A stretch of DNA of 64,000 nt from Bacteroidia bacterium (lineage in GTDB: Bacteria > Bacteroidota > Bacteroidia > 2-12-FULL-35-15). The first letter of the stretch is position 1. Each line of letters opens with the position of its first letter. Shown here piece after piece: positions 1-7,985 of this stretch. Under the pieces are notes generated by a model. The model ran no database searches. It had not been told where the DNA came from and worked only from the letters and a program-made list of their open reading frames with translations. The stretch is taken from assembly GCA_036386835.1 (NCBI GenBank), contig DASVUX010000011.1, positions 456,190 to 520,189 of the forward strand, given 5' to 3'. The translations under genes and the position numbers were made by a program.

Positions 1-734
1 TTAAGGAAAAGGTTGATAAAAAGGATTTTCCCCGCTTAGCCTTACTAGCAGTATTTGGTGTTGCCTGTAACCAGCTGTTATTTTTAAAAGGCCTCAATAT
101 TACCACCCCGATCAATGCTTCCATTATTATGATCTCCAATCCCATCGTTGTGCTGATCATTGCTTCAGTAGTTCTGAAGGAAAGGATCTCGCTGAATAAG
201 ATAGCCGGGATTATTTTTGGGATTGCGGGGGCTTTGCTGATGCTGACTTTTAATAAGAACTTTTCATTTGGTTCCGAAACAATCAGGGGCGACATCATGA
301 TCCTGGTCAATTCGATCTCCTGGGCATGCTATGTCGTGCTGGTGAAGCCGCTAATGAGCAAATACAATACATTTACCATTGTGAAATGGGTCTTCCTGTT
401 TGGGTTCATTTATGTTCTTCCCTTTGGCTTTTCTGAATTTCAGCAGGTGGACTGGACAGCAATGCCCGCGGGGATCTGGTACGATATATTTTTTGTAGTT
501 GTGGCCACAACATTCATAGCGTATATCCTCAATACATACGCCCTCAGGGCTCTAAGCCCGTCAGTGGTAAGCATTTATATTTATCTTCAGCCGTTCCTGG
601 CAACGCTGTTCGCTGTGTACTATTATCACAATGACACCCTGGATGCCAGGAAGCTCCTCGCAGCTTTCCTGATAATAATCGGTGTTTTCCTCGTAAGCAA
701 TCCGTTTGCCGCTCATAAAAAGCAGGAAAACTAA
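1..734 (+). CDS. EamA/DMT-family permease, 5' end outside window
   Basis: The frame of ORF 129..734 stays open back to the window edge. The protein is a hydrophobic multi-TM type. The upstream translation ...FGVACNQLLFLKGLNITTPINASII is typical of EamA-domain transporters. Confidence 0.8.
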   Translation, partial: KEKVDKKDFPRLALLAVFGVACNQLLFLKGLNITTPINASIIMISNPIVVLIIASVVLKERISLNKIAGIIFGIAGALLMLTFNKNFSFGSETIRGDIMILVNSISWACYVVLVKPLMSKYNTFTIVKWVFLFGFIYVLPFGFSEFQQVDWTAMPAGIWYDIFFVVVATTFIAYILNTYALRALSPSVVSIYIYLQPFLATLFAVYYYHNDTLDARKLLAAFLIIIGVFLVSNPFAAHKKQEN

Positions 735-799
735 GTCTTTCCCGTCTGAAAAATCTACCCGTAAACGCTGAACAACTGCGTTACAGCTGAAAAAAACTG

Positions 800-807
800 T
801 ACATTTG
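800..807 (+). promoter_or_regulatory. Bacteroidota sigma-A -7 box (TAcaTTTG)
   Basis: Exact TAnnTTTG match 21 nt upstream of the yicC-like ATG at 828. Confidence 0.4.
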
Positions 808-827
808 TTTTACATTTAAAACAGCCC

Positions 828-1706
828 ATGACACTTAAATCAATGACCGGTTTCGGGAAAGCCGTTAGTGAAATTCCCGGAAAAAAGGTCACCGTGGAAG
901 TCCGTTCACTTAACAGCAAGCAGCTTGACCTGAATCTTCGGATGCCCTATTTCTATAAAGAGAAAGAACTGGAGTTGCGCACTGAATTAGGCAAGCAGCT
1001 TGAGCGTGGGAAAGTTGATGTGAATGTGTATGTGGAATCTACCCAGGATATCCTTCCTGTTGCTCTTAATAAAGAGCTGGCAAAAAGCTACTACAGGGAG
1101 TTGAAAAATTTGTCCTCAGAACTGAATGAGAACAGCAGTGACTTGCTTGGGCTGGTGTTAAAAATGCCGGAAGTAATGAAGGCGGAAAGGGAAGTTGCCG
1201 AGTTGGATGAAGAGGAATGGAAGCAGGTAAAAAATGTGGTTGATAAAGCTGTCGCGGCCTTTCAGAAATTCCGTGACGATGAAGGAAATACCTTGTTAAA
1301 AGAATTTACTACCAGGATCACGATCATTGAAAAGCTTTTGGCTGAGGTTCTCGCCCTGGATGCAGCAAGAGTTGGAAATATTAAAAACCGGATAAGAAAT
1401 AATCTTTCTGAGATCATTGATACCGATAAGATCGATCAGAACCGGTTTGAGCAGGAGTTGATCTACTATATCGAGAAGCTCGATATTACAGAGGAGAAAT
1501 TGCGGTTGAAAACACATCTTGATTATTTTACAGCTACTATGACGGAAGCAGGAGCAGGGCGCAAGCTTGGTTTTATTTCACAGGAAATTGGCCGTGAGAT
1601 CAATACCATAGGTTCCAAAGCAAACGATGCAGGAATTCAAAAGCTGGTGGTGCAAATGAAGGATGAACTGGAAAAGATCAAAGAACAAATGCTCAATGTA
1701 TTATAA
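828..1706 (+). CDS. YicC/YloC-family stress-induced protein
   Basis: The N-terminus MTGFGKA, a 292-aa length and the coiled-coil middle fit the family. The C-terminal block GRKLGFISQEIGREINTIGSKAN is the YicC signature. A conserved yicC-gmk adjacency is also present. Confidence 0.85.
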   Translation: MTLKSMTGFGKAVSEIPGKKVTVEVRSLNSKQLDLNLRMPYFYKEKELELRTELGKQLERGKVDVNVYVESTQDILPVALNKELAKSYYRELKNLSSELNENSSDLLGLVLKMPEVMKAEREVAELDEEEWKQVKNVVDKAVAAFQKFRDDEGNTLLKEFTTRITIIEKLLAEVLALDAARVGNIKNRIRNNLSEIIDTDKIDQNRFEQELIYYIEKLDITEEKLRLKTHLDYFTATMTEAGAGRKLGFISQEIGREINTIGSKANDAGIQKLVVQMKDELEKIKEQMLNVL

Positions 1707-1750
1707 TTGTTAACCTAATTAACTAAATAACCATTAACCGATTAACTAAA

Positions 1751-2317
1751 TTGCAAGGTAAGCTAGTTATATTTTCAGCACCATCGGGAGCTGGGAAAAC
1801 CACCATTGTTCAGCACCTGCTGAAGGTTTTTCCGGATCTTGAATTTTCCATTTCAGCCTGCAGCAGGGATATCAGGAGAGGGGAGACATACGGGGTGGAT
1901 TATTATTTTTTAACGGTTGAGGAGTTCAAGGAAAAGATCGCTAACAATGAATTCGCGGAATGGGAAGAAGTTTATAAAGATAATTTTTACGGAACTCTCA
2001 AATCAGAGATTGAGCGGATCTGGAGAAATGAAAAACATATCATTTTTGATATGGATGTAGTGGGAGGTTTAAACCTTAAGAAGCAATTCGGTGACAAGGC
2101 CCTTGCTATTTTTGTGATGCCGCCCAGCATAGAGCATCTCGAAAAAAGATTGAAGATGCGTGAAACTGAAACACCCGAGAGTATTGCCCGGAGAATGGGA
2201 AAAGCAGCGCAGGAACTGAAAACGGCTGACCAGTTCGACAGGGTTATCCACAATGATAACCTTGAAAAGGCTTTGGAAGAAGCGGAGAATATTGTAGGTG
2301 ATTTTCTGAAACTTTAG
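1751..2317 (+). CDS. gmk: guanylate kinase
   Basis: P-loop SAPSGAGKTT and YYF..V.EF..KI..NEF.EWEEVY blocks, 188 aa. The start is TTG because there is no in-frame ATG before the P-loop. Confidence 0.9.
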   Translation: MQGKLVIFSAPSGAGKTTIVQHLLKVFPDLEFSISACSRDIRRGETYGVDYYFLTVEEFKEKIANNEFAEWEEVYKDNFYGTLKSEIERIWRNEKHIIFDMDVVGGLNLKKQFGDKALAIFVMPPSIEHLEKRLKMRETETPESIARRMGKAAQELKTADQFDRVIHNDNLEKALEEAENIVGDFLKL

Positions 2318-2390
2318 AAAACGTCATTCCGACCAAAGAGGAATCTTTAATATGTAATTGATTATTGAACAACTGACCACGCGGCACACC

Positions 2391-3410
2391 ATGGCAAAAT
2401 ACCTGACAATCGATATTCATACACACATCCTTCCTGAACACATTCCAAACTGGAAGGAAAAATTCGGATACGGAGGGTTTATACATCTTGACCATCACCG
2501 TTCGTGCTGTGCGAGAATGATGCGTGATGATGGAAAATTTTTCCGCGAGGTCGAGGACAATTGCTGGAGCGCTGAAAAAAGGATCAAAGAATGTGATCAT
2601 CATCACGTGGACGTCCAGGTGCTTTCTACAGTACCTGTAATGTTCAGCTATTGGGCTAAACCCGAGGATTGCCTGGAGCTGTCGATGTTCCTCAATGACC
2701 ATATTGCCGGCATCGTACAACGTTTTCCAAAACGGTTTGTTGGGCTCGGGACAATTCCGATGCAATCTCCGCGCCTTGCAATAAAAGAGCTTGAGAGATG
2801 TAAAAGTATCGGGCTGAAAGGGATCCAGATTGGGACCAATATCAACCAGGAAAACTTAAACGAAGAAAAGTATTTCGAGATTTTCAAGGCTTGTTCTGAC
2901 TTGGGAATGGCAGTGTTTATACACCCATGGGAGATGATGGGCGAGAAAGAAATGCAGAAATACTGGCTTCCATGGCTCGTAGGGATGCCCGCTGAAACAA
3001 CGCGTGCAATATGTTCATTGATATTTGGAGGGATATTCGAAAGGCTTCCTGAACTGCGGGTGGCATTTGCTCATGGTGGCGGATCCTTCCCTTCCACCGT
3101 AGGCCGTATAGAACACGGTTTTAACTGCCGGCCTGATCTGGTCGCTATTGATAATAACATTAATCCACGGGAATACTTAGGTAAATTCTGGATCGACAGC
3201 CTTGTGCATGATCCGGTAATGCTCGATTATGTTGTAGGCATGTTTGGCGCCAACCGAATTGCGCTCGGTACGGATTATCCATTCCCCTTAGGCGAGCTGG
3301 AGCCGGGGAAGCTGATCAGGGAGATGCCCTATGAAAGAGATGTTAAAGAACTGCTGTTGCACGGGTCCGCCCTTGAATGGCTTGGTGTGGAAAAGGAATT
3401 GTTTCTATGA
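2391..3410 (+). CDS. amidohydrolase-2 family protein, ACMSD-like (2-amino-3-carboxymuconate-6-semialdehyde decarboxylase)
   Basis: Contains the blocks IDIHTHILP, STVPVMFSYWAKPED, YWLPWLVGMPAETT, AHGGGSFP and GTDYPFPLGELEPGKLI, which I recognise as ACMSD signature regions. The start is set at MAKYLTIDIHTH rather than the upstream ATT/ATG extension. Confidence 0.8.
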   Translation: MAKYLTIDIHTHILPEHIPNWKEKFGYGGFIHLDHHRSCCARMMRDDGKFFREVEDNCWSAEKRIKECDHHHVDVQVLSTVPVMFSYWAKPEDCLELSMFLNDHIAGIVQRFPKRFVGLGTIPMQSPRLAIKELERCKSIGLKGIQIGTNINQENLNEEKYFEIFKACSDLGMAVFIHPWEMMGEKEMQKYWLPWLVGMPAETTRAICSLIFGGIFERLPELRVAFAHGGGSFPSTVGRIEHGFNCRPDLVAIDNNINPREYLGKFWIDSLVHDPVMLDYVVGMFGANRIALGTDYPFPLGELEPGKLIREMPYERDVKELLLHGSALEWLGVEKELFL

Positions 3411-3802
3411 GCCAGGAAAAGGACGTTCTTAGTATAACGCATACAGCTTCAGGGACTATTTACAAACGCACGGATGGAATCCTTGTCTTCAGGCAGATCC
3501 CGGGAAGAGACAGTGTTACCCTCGATGAACTCAAAGAGCAGTTGAATGCTTTCCTTGAGATCCAGAAAGGAGAACAGACCCCGTTAATGGTTGTCGCTGA
3601 AAAATTAAAAAGGCTGGAAAGTGAGGAAAAAATATTCCTTTCATCCACCGTAGACCAGTTTGCCAGCAAAGTGGCAATTGTTACAACCACACCAATACCC
3701 ACATTTATTTTTAATATCTTCTTATTTCTTACCAGGCCGGCAATACCCGGAAGGATCTTTGATTCTGAGAAACTGGCCATGGAATGGCTTAAAAGATCCT
3801 AA
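3407..3802 (+). CDS. hypothetical protein (possibly STAS/SpoIIAA-like fold)
   Basis: Its ATG overlaps the upstream stop codon (ATGA), and the ORF is 131 aa. I recognised no strong motif, so the fold suggestion is weak. Confidence 0.5.
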   Translation: MSQEKDVLSITHTASGTIYKRTDGILVFRQIPGRDSVTLDELKEQLNAFLEIQKGEQTPLMVVAEKLKRLESEEKIFLSSTVDQFASKVAIVTTTPIPTFIFNIFLFLTRPAIPGRIFDSEKLAMEWLKRS

Positions 3803-5361
3803 TGCATATGTGCATTGGAAACTTCAGGGGTCATCAGCTGGTTGAATTTTTTCTGTTTGATCTGCATGAAGCTCTGCTTCTCAATTTTGCTTTCCAGCCA
3901 GGAAATAAGGTCGAATAAACTTAAGGCATTCTTTTCAAGTTTATTGCCCTCGGTGATCCTCTCGATATTTTCTTTAAGGCTGATAAATGCTTTACGGATC
4001 TCGGGTGATTTCCGTGTCATGTTCTTGGTTGATTTAAGAAATACAATGATCTGTTTTTCGAATTCATGCAGGTGATTTCTCTTCACCAGGAGATTATAGG
4101 TTGTCCTGGCCCTGTAATCCATCAGGTCAACATTCTCAAGTTCAAAATGTATGATAAGGCTAAGTATATGCGCAAAGCAAAAAAGATCACTCCGGATATC
4201 AAATTCATGATTGTTCAACAGCGCATTGATATGCTGATTTGCCATTTTATAATCTTCGAGCCCGATATAAATGTATGCAAAAGCATAGTGCTGTAATTGC
4301 CTTTCCTTTATAAGCGTTTTTGTCGGGGGAAGCTGCCTGTAGATCACATCAAGTTTTTCTGCAATCTGTTTTGCTTCATTGAACTGACCGGTAGGAATAT
4401 AAACGAAGAGCTTCAGGTTCTCCGACATTACTTCAAAATAACGGTTAAGCTGCCCGTATTTGGCCACAAAGGTGTCCATCTTCTTTATGGTATCAAATAA
4501 TGGTTTGTACCGCATCAGCGTTAGTTCATTAACAGCTTTATTACGGAGCATTCCCAGGTAGGTTGAAGGCTTCAACTCGATCATATGCGGATTGCTTTCC
4601 ATCAGCGACACATTTTTCTCCATTAATGCATTAGCCTTCTTATGCTCATTATTCATAAAGAGATAATTCGCCTGCATGAGGTTCCGGTAGAATTCTGCAT
4701 TAAAAGTAGAGAGCAGCCTTGCGTCATTATTGTCAACCTGTTCAGCTATCTCCCTGAAGGCTGCCACATCTTCATCATTTCGCGGTAGCCCCATGTATAA
4801 AGCTTTCGCCCTCAGCTTCTGGTAAAGATGTTTATATCCAATAATGGTTTTCTTCTTCTCGATAGAATCATTCAGCTCACCGAAATATTTATTTACCAGT
4901 TCAAGATAATTTTGTGAATTTGCTTCCTCTGCAATAAATGTGATCTCCCAGTCAATAATCTCTTCCATAAACTCATACAGTTCATAATGTTGGGCAGTTG
5001 CTTTTGCTTTCGTAAGCATTTTTTTGGCCACCGCAGGAAGGTTTTTGTTGTAAAGGATCTCTACCTGGTTAAGCGTGCTTCGCAGCTCCGATCTGGTATT
5101 TGAATGGTAAGACTCCAGGCATTTTAATATGAAACGGAAGAGATAGTTTTTTGCAACAGAAAAATTGTTGAGAATAGGGTCGTCCGTGAATTTTTTAACG
5201 ATCTCTTTTTCATCATATTCCTTTTGCTTATCAATGGCATCAAATATTTTGATGTATTTGTTCTGATCGCCAATTACATGTATGACCGAATGTTTTTTGA
5301 TATATCCCTTCTCACTTGAGGTGAGTGATTTTATCAATGTATGGAGGTCTTTTGAGGTCAT
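3799..5361 (-). CDS. hypothetical all-helical (TPR-like) protein
   Basis: Long clean ORF with helical-repeat composition. The start is moved to MTSKDL because a -7 box lies between it and the upstream ATG. Confidence 0.6.
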   Translation of the reverse strand: MTSKDLHTLIKSLTSSEKGYIKKHSVIHVIGDQNKYIKIFDAIDKQKEYDEKEIVKKFTDDPILNNFSVAKNYLFRFILKCLESYHSNTRSELRSTLNQVEILYNKNLPAVAKKMLTKAKATAQHYELYEFMEEIIDWEITFIAEEANSQNYLELVNKYFGELNDSIEKKKTIIGYKHLYQKLRAKALYMGLPRNDEDVAAFREIAEQVDNNDARLLSTFNAEFYRNLMQANYLFMNNEHKKANALMEKNVSLMESNPHMIELKPSTYLGMLRNKAVNELTLMRYKPLFDTIKKMDTFVAKYGQLNRYFEVMSENLKLFVYIPTGQFNEAKQIAEKLDVIYRQLPPTKTLIKERQLQHYAFAYIYIGLEDYKMANQHINALLNNHEFDIRSDLFCFAHILSLIIHFELENVDLMDYRARTTYNLLVKRNHLHEFEKQIIVFLKSTKNMTRKSPEIRKAFISLKENIERITEGNKLEKNALSLFDLISWLESKIEKQSFMQIKQKKFNQLMTPEVSNAHMH

Positions 5362-5377
5362 TTTATTCTTCGCGTCA

Positions 5378-5385
5378 CAAATATA
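5378..5385 (-). promoter_or_regulatory. -7 box (TAtaTTTG on minus strand)
   Basis: The forward sequence caaatata sits 17 nt upstream of the ATG at 5361. Confidence 0.4.
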
Positions 5386-5810
5386 GAATACCAATATTCA
5401 GAACCTAAATTTTTCTTAATGAAGGAGTTAAGAAAAAGCATTTCAGGGAATAAGTGGTATTTTAATGGTATAAGCGGGAGTCGAAAATAAAATATTCATT
5501 AAAAAAAATACAGGCAAAGTGCTCCGAAACCTAAAGGTATTTTGGCAATGCAAATCAATTTTTAAAGAATGTGGTCAGATAAACCCGCTGACAATGCGAT
5601 TTACGGACTTTCGCCTGCTCTTCTACCCTGCTGTAAATTTAGCTCCGAAGTCTTATTTTCTTATAAATTACGTTTGCATCCACTCTGCAATCTGTCTTTC
5701 TTTGTGCCAGCATATCGTTCTTATTGGTTTGTCTATAAACCATCCTTTATGCTAAAAGCTTGTTGTTGTGAAGGAGTAGCACAACAGTGTTTCATGTTTA
5801 GTTTTATCCA

Positions 5811-5851
5811 AAATCCCGAAGTTGTGACAAGCTCTTCGGGATTTGTTTTTT
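5811..5851 (+). terminator. rho-independent terminator with no annotated upstream gene
   Basis: Stem aaatcccgaag / cttcgggattt with a 12-nt loop, followed by gTTTTTT. Confidence 0.6.
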
Positions 5852-5906
5852 GGTCTTTAAAAACGCTTCCTCGGTCTAATAAAAAGGCATTTTCGAAATA
5901 AATTGA

Positions 5907-5914
5907 GTATTTTT
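5907..5914 (+). promoter_or_regulatory. -7 box (TAttTTTG) for purF
   Basis: Exact TAnnTTTG match 38 nt upstream of the purF ATG and downstream of the orphan terminator. Confidence 0.45.
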
Positions 5915-5951
5915 GTGTTAATTAATAACCACCTCCAAAACCCTTGTCAAA

Positions 5952-7853
5952 ATGAGCGATGCAATAAAACATGAGTGCGGAATAGCGTTAGTGCGCTTAC
6001 TCAAACCATTGGATTATTACATCAAAAAATACGGCACTCCTCTTTACGGCATTAATAAAATGTACCTTCTTATGGAGAAACAGCATAACAGGGGCCAGGA
6101 TGGAGCGGGAATTGCAAACATTAAATTCGATGTTGCTCCCGGGACGCGTTATATCAGCAGAAACCGCGCTTTAGGAAGCGGTGCGATCAAAGAAATTTTC
6201 GGAAAGATAAATGGCAAGTTCGAGGATCTTTACAAAAAGAACCCTGACAGGATGAATGATGCCGCATGGCTGAAAAAAAATATGGCCTATACAGGTGAAT
6301 TGTTCCTCGGTCACTTGCGATATGCAACTTATGGCGGTAATTCTGTAGAGAGCTGTCATCCGTTTCTTCGTCAGAATAACTGGATGAGCAGGAACCTGGT
6401 GGTAGCAGGGAATTTTAACCTTACCAATGTAGATGAGCTTTTTCAGCAGCTTGTTGATCTGGGCCAGCACCCGAAAGAGCAAGCGGATACAGTTACCGTG
6501 ATGGAGAAGATTGGCCATTTCCTCGATGAGGAGAATGAGCGTCTTTTCAAAAAGTTTAAAAAAGAAGGTCATGATAATGCGCAGATCTCTGCATTGATAG
6601 CCGAGCATCTGGATGTTCAGGCCATCCTGAAAGATGCAAGTAAAAAGTGGGATGGAGGTTACGCAATGGCAGGTTTATTCGGACATGGTGATGCATTTGT
6701 GTTACGGGATCCGAACGGTATCCGTCCTGTATTTTATTACAGCGATGATGAAGTTGTTGTTGTTACATCCGAACGTCCTGTTATTCAAACTGCCTTCAAT
6801 GTGCCTATTGCCAAGGTAAAAGAGCTGACACCGGGTAAAGCACTGATTATTAAAAAGAACGGAACTTTTGGAGAATATACTATCAATAAGCAGCTTGAAA
6901 AAACTCCATGTTCCTTTGAGCGGATCTATTTTTCCCGCGGAAGTGATGCGGATATTTACCGCGAACGCCAGAAGCTCGGCAGCCAGTTATGCCCGGCTGT
7001 TTTAAAGTCTGTGGATTATGATCTTGAGAACACCGTATTCTCTTATATCCCGAATACAGCAGAAGTTGCTTTCGGTGGTTTTATTGAAGGGCTCCATCAT
7101 TATAATAATACGGTGAAGAGGCATAAGATTCTTCAGATGGGAAGTAAAGTGAGGGAACCGGAGTTAAGCCAGATTCTGTCCGTCCACCCCCGTATTGAAA
7201 AGATTGCGATCAAGGATGCTAAGCTCAGGACCTTTATTACAAAAGATTCCCAGCGTGATGATATGGTGGCTCACGTTTATGATACCACTTACGGCTGCGT
7301 GCGCGAAGGGACTGATAATCTTGTTGTACTGGATGATTCGATCGTCCGCGGAACAACATTAAAACAGAGTATTCTCAGGATCCTGGATCGCCTTGGGCCT
7401 AAAAAGATCGTAATAGTCTCTTCAGCACCCCAGATCCGCTACCCTGATTGTTACGGGATCGATATGGCGAAGCTTGGTGATTTCATTGCTTTCCAGGCGG
7501 CAATTTCACTTTTGAAAGACAATTTTAAAGATAATCTCCTCGATGAGCTTTATGAAAAAGCAAAAGCCCAGGAAGAACTCCCGAAAGAAAAAATAACCAA
7601 TGTGGTAAAGGAAATTTATGATCTCTTTACAGCCGAGCAGATCTCTGCAAAGATCGCGGAATTACTGCGGCCGGAAGGCGTTAATGCTGAGGTGGAGATC
7701 ATCTATCAATCCATTGAAGGGCTCCACAACGCGATACCGGATAATAAAGGCGATTGGTACTTCACCGGTAATTATCCAACCCCGGGAGGAAATAAAGTGG
7801 TAAACAAATCGTTTATAAACTTTATGGAGGGTAAGAACATCAGGGCATATTAA
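5952..7853 (+). CDS. purF: amidophosphoribosyltransferase (long Bacteroidota-type class II GATase)
   Basis: N-terminal ...HECGIA Ntn cysteine. The PRT motif VVLDDSIVRGTT is present. The protein is 633 aa. Confidence 0.9.
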   Translation: MSDAIKHECGIALVRLLKPLDYYIKKYGTPLYGINKMYLLMEKQHNRGQDGAGIANIKFDVAPGTRYISRNRALGSGAIKEIFGKINGKFEDLYKKNPDRMNDAAWLKKNMAYTGELFLGHLRYATYGGNSVESCHPFLRQNNWMSRNLVVAGNFNLTNVDELFQQLVDLGQHPKEQADTVTVMEKIGHFLDEENERLFKKFKKEGHDNAQISALIAEHLDVQAILKDASKKWDGGYAMAGLFGHGDAFVLRDPNGIRPVFYYSDDEVVVVTSERPVIQTAFNVPIAKVKELTPGKALIIKKNGTFGEYTINKQLEKTPCSFERIYFSRGSDADIYRERQKLGSQLCPAVLKSVDYDLENTVFSYIPNTAEVAFGGFIEGLHHYNNTVKRHKILQMGSKVREPELSQILSVHPRIEKIAIKDAKLRTFITKDSQRDDMVAHVYDTTYGCVREGTDNLVVLDDSIVRGTTLKQSILRILDRLGPKKIVIVSSAPQIRYPDCYGIDMAKLGDFIAFQAAISLLKDNFKDNLLDELYEKAKAQEELPKEKITNVVKEIYDLFTAEQISAKIAELLRPEGVNAEVEIIYQSIEGLHNAIPDNKGDWYFTGNYPTPGGNKVVNKSFINFMEGKNIRAY

Positions 7854-7985
7854 ACCTGATTTATTAACTTTTTGAGCCAGGATAATCCTATTGGTACCGG
7901 ATTTTATACAACAGCTTTTCCCGCAAGTATAAATTATTGACTTTATAGAATTTTCGTTTTATATTCGTTCATCTAAACCTGAACG

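Noticed and set aside
2244-2765. 173-aa minus-strand ORF
   Set aside because: It is antisense to the ACMSD-like gene and to the gmk 3' end. It has no recognisable features, and the plus-strand genes have strong family motifs.
5461-5485. tggtataagcgggagtcgaa, reminiscent of the reverse complement of a tRNA/tmRNA 3' end (TGGTGGAG-CGGGA-TCGAA)
   Set aside because: No complementary T-stem follows and there is no acceptor stem partner. No tag-peptide reading frame or other tmRNA landmarks are nearby.
5600-5620. ggactttcgcc, whose reverse complement GGCGAAAGTCC resembles the RNase P RNA GGAAAGUCC core
   Set aside because: None of the other universally conserved RNase P blocks could be found around it (for example ACAGAA...CGGCUUA). 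The flanking sequence is AT-rich and unstructured.
5569-5901. 110-aa ORF including a Cys-rich stretch (MLKACCCEGVAQQC...)
   Set aside because: It reads straight through the terminator hairpin and the purF promoter. Its composition is atypical, and it has no start context or conservation cue.
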